Positions 49,501 to 57,721 of a stretch of DNA of 64,000 nucleotides are shown one piece after another. The notes under the pieces are model-generated. The model saw only the letters and a list, made by a program, of their open reading frames with translations, was not told the DNA's origin and did no database searches. Made by a program: the position numbers and the translations under genes. This stretch comes from Nymphaea colorata (taxonomy: Eukaryota): assembly GCF_008831285.2 (NCBI RefSeq), contig NC_045138.2, forward strand, positions 9,114,001 through 9,178,000. Direction: 5' to 3'. The first letter of the stretch is position 1, and the number at the start of each line of letters is the position of its first letter.

Positions 49501-50853
49501 CCCAATCTTCTGCCCCGCCAAGTCCTGCAGAAAACACCGATCAGCAGAAAAGATCAGATTACAGTTCAGTTCTTTAGTAATACTGCTGACAGATAGCAAA
49601 TTCACAGGAATATTGGGAACATGAAGAGCATTATGAAGACAGTATTTATTTAACAAGGACAAACTCCCTTTTCCAGCCACAGAGATAGAAGAACCATCAG
49701 CCATAGATACACGTTGCTGCCCCGAAGACAATTTGTATTCTTGGAACATCTTAGGGTCCCCTGTCATATGATACGTAGCACCACTGTCAACAATCCAATC
49801 ACCATGTGAGGAATTACCTTGGTCACTAGTGGCCACGAGAGCTTGGGCTAACTTAGCCCCCTCAGACGTGGAAGTATCCTCCTGAGTAGTAGACAGCCGG
49901 CTGATATACGCTTGCAGTTCTTTGATTTGATCAGAGGAAAGCTTCGATTTGGCAACATTTGAAGGACTACTTTGACTAGGCTCAGGCACAGAAGGACTCC
50001 GGCGGCTAGAAGGAGGACGACCCCGGACAAGCCGCCTCTTAGGATGAAGATCCCAATAAAAATCAACAGAATGTCCTGATTTGTTGCAATGGCTACACCG
50101 CCGAACAGGACGCTGACCAATCCCAGAAGCACGACTAACAAAGGCTGAAGGAGAACTCCCCTGACTGGTGTCAATATGCATCACCTGTCGACGTTGTTCC
50201 TCAGATTCCACACGGGCATACACCTCTTCAATTCCGGGGACCTCGTCACAATTGAGAATTTGGCTCCTAATGGATTCAAATTCATCGCGTAAGCCTCCGA
50301 GGAAAAGAAACGTCCGATCCATCCATTCTTTGTCCCAGTACAAGGCATGATCAGACCCATAGTGCCAGTCATCATTCACATGGTAGTCAAGTTCCTCCCA
50401 CTTAGTCTTTAGGGCTGCAAAGAAAGCGGCTACAGACAAGTCACCCTGTTTAAGAGAGTATATGCTACGTTTGATTTGGTACGTACGCAATACTCTCTTC
50501 TTACGGCCATACATCCGTGCAAGCACAGTCCACATGTCGTAGGCAGTCGATTTACGCAAGATCAAAGGCTGAATATTTGCAGAAACAGAACTAATAATCC
50601 ATACTTTAACCTGACTATCTTCCAACGTCCAAGTAGCCCATCGCGGATCGGTTTTTGAAGGTGCAGGCTTCTCCCCAGTGATGTAGGGCAGGCGACCACG
50701 ACTGGTTATCCCAATTTCTAGGGCAGCCGACCAAGAGAGATAGTTATCCTTGTTCAGCCGGATGGAGGTGACTTGAACAGGCAAGATCTCGCTCTTGGTA
50801 TTGCTGCCCGAGTCTAGGGCATCATCGATCTTGAGGGACATCTCCTCGGCCAT
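46558..50853 (-). CDS. Copia gag-pol polyprotein (1431 aa from the first ATG, MAEEMSLK...)
   Basis: gag; protease WIVDSGATYHMT; GAG-pre-integrase WHERLGH..CEVC; integrase HSDVWGP, RTDNAREY, NGVAERKNR; RT YGLKQSPRAW, YVDD; RNase H YSDADWAG, EAEY, CDNKSA, QIADVLTK. The stop codon lies within the first bases of the 3' LTR. Confidence 0.95.
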   Translation of the reverse strand: MAEEMSLKIDDALDSGSNTKSEILPVQVTSIRLNKDNYLSWSAALEIGITSRGRLPYITGEKPAPSKTDPRWATWTLEDSQVKVWIISSVSANIQPLILRKSTAYDMWTVLARMYGRKKRVLRTYQIKRSIYSLKQGDLSVAAFFAALKTKWEELDYHVNDDWHYGSDHALYWDKEWMDRTFLFLGGLRDEFESIRSQILNCDEVPGIEEVYARVESEEQRRQVMHIDTSQGSSPSAFVSRASGIGQRPVRRCSHCNKSGHSVDFYWDLHPKRRLVRGRPPSSRRSPSVPEPSQSSPSNVAKSKLSSDQIKELQAYISRLSTTQEDTSTSEGAKLAQALVATSDQGNSSHGDWIVDSGATYHMTGDPKMFQEYKLSSGQQRVSMADGSSISVAGKGSLSLLNKYCLHNALHVPNIPVNLLSVSSITKELNCNLIFSADRCFLQDLAGQKIGIGSAIDGLYRLPVQVASALISATSGQLSGVEDRSTIMRWHERLGHLPFPLIKKLFPSLFHSVSIDSFTCEVCQLAKHVRASYPISFNKTTRPFALVHSDVWGPSGVPTCCGFHYFMTLIDDYSRCTFVYLLKERSEVPVIVKNFVAFVETQFQTSIQAFRTDNAREYVSQSLDDFLKSKGIVHETSCSYTPPQNGVAERKNRHLLDVTRALLFHRQVPKRYWGDALLTSAHLINRMPTRVLQGHSPYSMLWPTQNPWPLTPRVFGCVCFVHDHSPTLKKLDHRSVKAVFLGYSSTQKGYKCVDPTTSKVYVSRDVTFHEHEAYFHVNPLQGEYLGHSSEEYSSNQLIQFTDFLDYKASDSVADTVRDDRDRHMDEGLVDNQPTARDHLFGQVYRRKKTDVIENVDVTNPNPVSSPDDPSLINEELPIALPKGTRSCTSHPIQRFVSYAKLSKNYKCFITSLSKSVIPRCVEDAREDPKWLQAMTEEMNALAKNDTWEVVDILKGTHLVGSKWVFNVKYEPDGTVERYKARLVAKGFSQKYGIDYLETFAPVAKLKTVRVILALAVKKGWSMDQLDVKNAFLNGHLEEEVYMSMPPGYVQSGKCCHLKKALYGLKQSPRAWFERLRIVMKKNGYKQGNGDHTLFIKQRDGLVSLLLVYVDDMIVTGDDEEEKKKMKERLAAEFDLKDLGKLRYFMGIEIARSEIGLVMSQRKYTLDLLKETGKLGCRPFLTPMESGTKISIKTGNILDEEGKGRYQRLVGKLIYLTLTRPDITYAVNVLSQFMHAPTDCHWKSAERVLGYLKNDLRKGLLYTQQNQLNIEGYSDADWAGCTYTRRSTTGYCIFLGGNLVVWRSKRQEVCYRSSAEAEYKAVAMGVTEMLWLKILLTDIGVETEEKMRMYCDNKSAINLVNNPVLHDRTKHVEIDRYFIRERIDSKELILPYMKSEDQIADVLTKALCTSQFEKNVSKLGMFDMYAKLEGEC

Positions 50854-51217
50854 CACAATCACCAAGGAGAAAGAATACCCAGCACCAGAGACGACAAACA
50901 GGAGGCAGCGGCGCTGGACGGCGGTGGGGCGGGAGAGAGCAACGGCGGTGGGCAGCGGTGGCGCGGGATGGCGGCGGCGCTGAAGTGGGCGACGGCGGCG
51001 CTGGACAGCGGCAACGCAGCAGAGAACAACCGCGCTGGACGATGGCGGCGCAGCTGGCAGCGCTGGACGGCGGCGGCGCAGCAGAGAGCGACGGCGCAGC
51101 AGAGAGCGACGGCGCAGCAGCGGCAGAGAAAAAAAACCGACGGAAACAGCAGCGGCAAAAAACGGCAGAAACACGACTATCACACCAACGATCTCTCACG
51201 CGTTGGCTCTGATACCA

Positions 51218-51495
51218 TGTAGAAACACACACCAAGATGGAGAGAAAGAGAAGGAACACACAATATACGTGGAAAACCTCAAAGAGAGGTGAAAAACCAC
51301 GGAGAAGCTCTAACCTAGGTGCACAACCGCAACCCTAGGAGAGAGAAAATGTTATTCCACTTAATCAACAATTACACCATAAGTGGGATTAAATAAGAGG
51401 GAAAAATGCCTAGGGTACCGAGCCACTCTCGGTACCCGTGCCCATGGGACCGGGTCTGGATCCAGACCCGGTTCCCTATACATGATATGTTAACA
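51218..51495 (-). repeat. 5' LTR of young copia
   Basis: 278 bp, TG..CA, adjacent to tRNA-Met PBS. Confidence 0.97.
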
Positions 51496-51844
51496 GGTAG
51501 GAACATGGTGGCGATGGATCCATCACTACGTGTGGGACCACCAATGAGCTGGAGCTGAGGATGTGGAGTGCTGCTAACAACTGGACCTGTATGGTTGGGT
51601 GTATTGTTGGTCTGGGCTCAGCTCGAGTGCGATCAATCCAGTTAAACCTGCTTGGCTTGGCCCGAGCTCCCATAGTGGGTCAGTTCGGTTTAAGTATGCC
51701 TAAGCTAGGTGTGACTGAGGGTCCACGGGCAATTGGCATATGAGAGATAGCCTCCTCCTATGGTCATGGTGTCTTCTTCTACTGTAGGATGTGGGCACTC
51801 AATCAAGAAGGGCATGGGCCCTTACTAAGGTCCACATCACATGG

Positions 51845-54600
51845 AGTCTTGAAAGAGAGTTTGTTACCTTGTTCACTGATCCTCTCTTGCACTCTTATAA
51901 AGTCGTAGTCAAGAAGCTTAGCTAGCCACTTCTGTTGCATGCTAGTATGATGACTAAGAAAGTGTTCTAGATTATGGTGGTTAGTGTGCACTATGAATCT
52001 ATGGCCAATGAGGTACGAGCACCACTTCTCCATCGTTATGACAATAGCAAGGAGCTCCTTCTTGTAAGTACATAATGGCTTAGCACATTATGCAAACATC
52101 ATATTATGAAGTTTATGAGGTGACCATTTTGGTTGAGAATGGCTGCAATACTCAAGTCACAGGCATCAGTCTCCACCACAAAAGGTTGCTCAAAATTTGG
52201 AAGTGCAAGAACTGATGAAGAAAAAATGGCAGCCTTCAACTGCTCGAAGGTTGCCTTGGACTTTTCATCCATTGGAAGGACCCTATCCATAACATGCAGG
52301 TGAGTAGTATAGTGATAAAGTTGTATCCACGGATGAACCTATAGTAATAGCTAGTCAAACCAAGAAATCCACAAAGTTTGTGAGGGTCCTCATGCATCAG
52401 CCATGCATGCATCACCTACAACTTGCCTGGATCTGTCCAAACACCATTCACATCTACAATATGCCCCAAATAGTTGACTTGTCTTTGACCAAAATGACAT
52501 TTACTAGCCTTAGCATAAAGTTGATGGAACTTGAAGATGTCTAATAGCACCCAAAAATGCCCTATATGATCTTTCAATACGCAGCTATAGATGAGTATGT
52601 TGTCAAAGAAAACAAGCACAGACTGTCATAAATATTTCTTGAAAATGTTATTCATTTACCACCAGAAGGTGACAGGTGCATTCATCATTTCGAATGGCAT
52701 TACTATGAACTCGTAATGCTCATTGTGCATGTGAAATACTGTTTCGCAGATAACCTACTATGCCATCCATATCTGATGATACCCTACATGCAAGCCCATG
52801 TTCAAAAAGTATGTGGCTTTGCAAAGCTTCTCTAATAACTCATCTATCACAAGGATTGGGTGCTTGTCCTTGACAATCACCTTGTTGAGTGTCATCTAAT
52901 CAATGCAAAAGCACCAAGCGTTGTCCTTCTTCACCAAGAGGACAAGTGAAGACAAGAGCTAGTGCTTGGCCATATGACTCATGAATCCAGCATCCCATGA
53001 ACGATGCACTCAATCTCACCCTTTTAGGCATGGGCTTAAGGATATGGTCAAATACTCACCAAGGTAGTGTTGGGCATCAAGTCAATCATGTGATCGCAAG
53101 ATTGTGGCAGTGGCAGCCCCTGGGGCTCTCCAAATACATATGAGTACTGATCCAACACCATCGGTACCTATGAAGGAACTTCCTCCGTACACTCAATGTT
53201 AGTCAATGAATTTTGGTCAAGGAAAACAACAACACTACTGGCTTGTTTACAATGCCCAAATGGCTTCTTTAAGAGAGAAGTGACTGTGCAAGGTCATCAG
53301 TGTGATAGACCTGATTCCACCCTCCTTAAGAAATGGCATGGTCATGTGTGAAAAATCTAAAATTACTGTACCTCAAAACTAGAGCCACTAACCCCCCAAG
53401 ACTAGATCCATGCCACTAATGGAAAGAACATATAAGTCTATGTGGAAGTGACATTCTAAATGGTGATGTCCACGTCCCAACACGTAAAAATAATGGAGCT
53501 TGGCTCCATCACCAACAGTCATGTCAAATGGGGGATGTTCTCATAGATCATAGGGAATGCAGTCCACAGTGTCCTGATTCACAAAATTATGAATCAATCT
53601 AGTGACCACCAGGGTGGCCTATTTCTGCTGCCCAATTTGGCCATATACTACAAGGGTATAATAGGTTATCTCATCAGCCACCGGGTCCTTGTTATCTCAC
53701 CTAGTCCCTCATCTGATGGCTTCTCCACACGAACGACCTCCTTAGGTTGTTGCTTGCCCTCATCATCATCATACACATGGTAGATCAACAAATGTTTGCA
53801 ATAGTGCTCCTTGAACCACTTCATGTCATAGTTGAAGCAGAGCCCTTTGTGGATCCGCTCCTCATGCTCATGGAAAGAGACGTACTAGGGCTTAAGCATT
53901 GTAGCCTGTGAAGGTGGGTGTGGTTCATCTGCTCGACCTAGCTATGCTTAGGTGCAGCTGACCCCAAGTGATCGGGAAGTCTGAGCAGCTTCATCAAAGC
54001 AGCAATGCACCGCTATTTGTCCTAAATGGTGCATGCAATTTTCAAGCAATCATGTAAGTACCATGGGTTTTGGGAGAGCATCTCAATGCATTTCTCCTCC
54101 TTCAACCTACCGATGAAGGCCCCATTAATGCATGCTCTCGCAAGTCTCTCACCATTGAGCTCAAGTCCTCAAACTCTCCCTGGCAGTCATACATTATGTC
54201 ATGTTGTCTAAGGTTTGAGCTCAATCTCGTAATTGGTGAAACTTGATTCACCAAATCGCATCATGAGCTTTGTTGTGCATGTAGTCTAGCGAATGATACC
54301 ACCAAATGACCGCTTCTTCAAAATGGATTATACTCATAGCTATCCTATTGGTTATGAGGAATTTGCTAACACCGGAAGTATTGGTGAACCTTGAATATCC
54401 ACTCTAAGTATTGCACCTAGTAAACTTGGGAAACTCAAGTTTCATCTAGGGTGTAGGAATAGTCAGTGCATCCCTAAAAATGTTGGTGTCTGCATTCCCA
54501 ACATGGGGAGCTGATCGACAACTGTGTCTTGTGTAATACTCATGATCTTCACTATTTGTGAAGTGAAGGAGTTGCCTGCCCAGCTCAACATGGCCTCTAG
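51845..54600 (-). pseudogene. gag-protease-RT-RNase H remnant of old gypsy
   Basis: LVFFDNILIYS, KCHFGQRQVNYLGH, LALPNFEQPFVVETDACD, RFIVHTNHHNL, QQKWLAKLLDYDF. Confidence 0.88.
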
Positions 54601-55726
54601 TGTAACGACCCTAAATTTTTAAGATTTTCTTTATTACACACATGCATAGATAAACTTGAAGACTTAAAGCCCTTAAAACATTCGAATTCATCACATATGC
54701 ATATGATTTAAAACAACTCAGATCTAATTATATTCAACTCTCAAGAATATAAATTTCTAGTACAATTCCATATTTATTCATTCATTCATTCATTTCAATG
54801 AGTAATTTGATGATGAGGAGGTCGTCATGAGTTTTTTAGTGAAAGAGTTTTTATTTAAATTTGGAGAGAAACTAAATTGTGACTTTTATAAGAAAATATA
54901 ACTAAAAACATGTTTTAGTAGTTTATGAAATATTAGCATAGGGAAAAGTGGCATTTCTAGCGATAAAAGATTGTTCTGAAATTTAGTCGAGTATTAACTC
55001 GTATGACTTTGCAAAAGAAGCGTCGCAAGCCCCTCTTTCAAAGATTATTTCATAAGAAAAAAAGGTGGGACGAAACTTAATCATTTTAACAGTTTTTTCA
55101 GAAAACTCAAAAAATTGATGGAGTGGATTTGAAAAATCATTGTGTCAAACATATAAGAGCTCCCCTTTTTAACATGCCCAACCATTTCCTCCCTCACTCT
55201 CTCTCTCCCATCTCAACCCTTCTTCCCACCATAAGTTCCCATGGCCATTCTGGTCTCCGGTGACATTCGGTGGTGTCCAGCGACTTACAGTCATCGTCTC
55301 ATGGTATCACATCAACGAAGGTCGCTTCACTCATGTATATGGTGTATTTATTTGCTTATTTCTCTTTAGACTTTTCTTTTCTTGAGGGTTTGGTGGGCTA
55401 GAAATTGTAGCAACCATCTCTAGCCACCGACGGACTTGCCAGGTGCACAACACTAGTTAGTCAAGACTATCAGAAATGCCAAGGTTGGTTATTGTGCTTT
55501 ATTTTGATTTATTTGTCATTTGGCATTTTAACATATGTATATATTTTCCCAATATAGCAAGAACAGAGAACTTCTTTGTATTTTTTACCTTCTTGGAGGG
55601 ATCCTTCCAAGTGAGTGCCAGCATCAAGGTGCTTGTGCCTTCCCTTGGTAATATATTATCAAGGTCATGATCAGTTTTAGTTGTGCACGTACAAAGTATC
55701 ATCATGCCAAAACATCATACAAATGA

Positions 55727-55765
<39 letters not shown>

Positions 55766-56448
55766 GTGTACAAAGGGAAAGAATATAGAACCTTGTTGTA
55801 CACAAGAAAATTGTTTGGCTATCAGTCTTGTCATGATGCACTGACATAACCAACTAAGTAAAGATACATGCATATTCATAGTAGACATCACTTGTAATCT
55901 TATTTCTCATGTTGACAACGCACAATGTCATTATTATAAACTGCACACATGGGATATCCATGAAAGAATCATGCATGGTCACTGCATTAACACAGTAAAG
56001 GCATGCACATCAATGTATATACATATACCAACATGATAAAGGCATACACATCATGCATGCAATAGTAGAAGAAATACAACAATTATTATGTATCAATGTA
56101 TGCCATTATTATAAGTTGGCTATCAAAGAAGCATCACACTTGGAAAGATATTGTGCACAAGTAGCCCTTTGACAGCTCACACCAAACAAAAGAAAGGACT
56201 CACACACAGTGAAAAGGAGTACACACAGGGAGAAACCATGGAGAAGGAAAAAGCATGAACTCTCTCTCTCCTTAAAACGGTACAACTACCCATTTCAAGG
56301 GACTAGCTAGGCTTCTCCCCATGCTTCTCTACTTGTAGTGGAGGCTAATGTGTTGAGAAAGTGATTAATGGCCCCTTTAGCAAATGATACTTAAAAATAA
56401 TGATAATAAAAATCGAAGTTTGTCCATTTAAAACGGGCAGGGATTACA
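54601..56448. mobile_element. Solo LTR (1848 bp) inserted in gag of the old gypsy
   Basis: TGTAACGACC...GGGATTACA with exact TSD TCTAG (54596-54600, 56449-56453); contains (AT)n at ~55729-55762. Confidence 0.88.
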
Positions 56449-57019
56449 TCTAGGTCATATAGATAGACCAAAATCTAGGGTGGACATGGTGAGGTAGAAT
56501 TGTGGATACCGCCACTAGGCAGCTGTTGACTAGAGACTTATTTGGGGTCATGGTTGCTCTAAGCTGAGACCCTCTCGAGGCTTCATTCAAACCACCCATC
56601 AGTGCATCTGACATACCCAAGTAAATCACCCCTTGCATGAAGTGCACAAGAGACTCTATCCTCTGCCTCTGGTCCCTAGATGTATGTCTCTTCTCCTTTA
56701 GGCATGCCATCATCTGTCCAAAATCACTTAACTGACTCAACTGAGAAAGGGATGTGCACATGTCTACCGTCTCTCCTCACACCTGTCCCATGTCATCTAC
56801 AAGCTGATAGATAGCATGGCATAGCTCGTGAACCTCAGAAGCAAGCCCATTGATGGTTGCATGATCAGCAAAATTGTTTGTCTCGTCATCACTATGATTG
56901 CACAACGATGGAGCCATAATTACTATGCTATCACCATTGCTCACTCTACCATTGCAATCTGCTTTAACGTTGAGTCTGAGCTGTCAACTACAAGAAGTAG
57001 ACACTGATACGAACTAGAG

Positions 57020-57721
57020 CGGGCCTCACCGGATGCCCCACTCCCTACTGCTCAATCACTTGTATGCAGCCCTAAATTATACAGTCCATCCAACTGGATA
57101 GAAGCCCCAACGTAAGTACAAGTTTTATGTGGTAGTAAAGCAGTATGAAGCCCAAATGCTCTAAACAAAATCCAAAAATCAGGATGTGAAGGCCCATATG
57201 AACACAATTACATGCGGTGCAAAATGAGATATCAATAAAAATACCATGCACACACATGCAATGCCAGACCACAACCTAAGCCTCTAGTTAGAGTAAGAGT
57301 GTTGTCGACAACCCGAACGAAGCTAATGGCCAAACCACACCTAGATAAACCCCAAGGTACAAGTTGATTCGGAAAGATGACAATAGGGTCCTCAACGCTA
57401 CATATGCACCATGCCATGATAGTGAGGGCTGCCAATGCTAGGGAGCCTATCTAGGCTCAGCAAACCACCTTGAAGATCCCCATGAGGGAGGAAGGCAATG
57501 GAATAACTCACCAATGAGTAAGGATGTCGAGCAGCTAAGAGGAAACGGAATTAGGCCTTTGAAGGCCACTCCTGCCAAGCTCCACAATGTTGTTGCTGGG
57601 ATCCATCGGCAAGGTGTTGATGCCACCAACGCCAACTCAAAAGAGCTGAGCCACATCTAAAGAATCCTTCAGGCCAAGCTGAGGTCACTCCCACGATCTG
57701 GGCAAGAAGGTGCTACAGTGC
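57020..57721 (-). repeat. Second copy of the dispersed repeat found upstream of COP10, cut by the copia LTR at 57722
   Basis: Collinear with 15586-16310. Confidence 0.8.

Larger units (their letters stand above)
46286..51495 (-). mobile_element. Young full-length Ty1/copia retrotransposon (Ale-like), 5210 bp
   Basis: 278-bp LTRs 46286-46563 and 51218-51495 with two differences; TSD GGTAG both sides; PBS TGGTATCAGAGC (51206-51217); PPT TGAGGGGGAG beside the 3' LTR; unbroken polyprotein ORF. Confidence 0.98.
41970..51839 (-). mobile_element. Apparently non-coding LTR element with two long diverged repeats, inserted in the old gypsy
   Basis: Termini TGATGTG...CACATCA; TSD CAGGG/CATGG (4/5); repeat A 41970-~44303, repeat B 45084-46285 + 51501-51839; PBS core TGGTATCA (minus strand) at 45074-45081 next to repeat B; only ~0.8 kb between the repeats. 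Confidence 0.72.
39950..56930 (-). mobile_element. Old, heavily decayed chromoviral gypsy element hosting nested insertions
   Basis: Minus-strand gag/PR/RT/RH at 51845-54600 and INT/chromodomain at 40560-41964 rejoin across the 41970-51839 insertion. Weak LTR-like similarity between ~39980-40550 and ~56515-56930 (AGCCCATCGATGGCTGCA / AGCCCATTGATGGTTGCA). Outer limits approximate. Confidence 0.65.

Noticed and set aside
50854..51183. 110-aa N-terminal extension of the copia ORF in the track (1541 aa)
   Set aside because: Starts at GTG just after the PBS and crosses GC-rich short repeats; most likely an open 5' UTR. The first ATG is at 50853.
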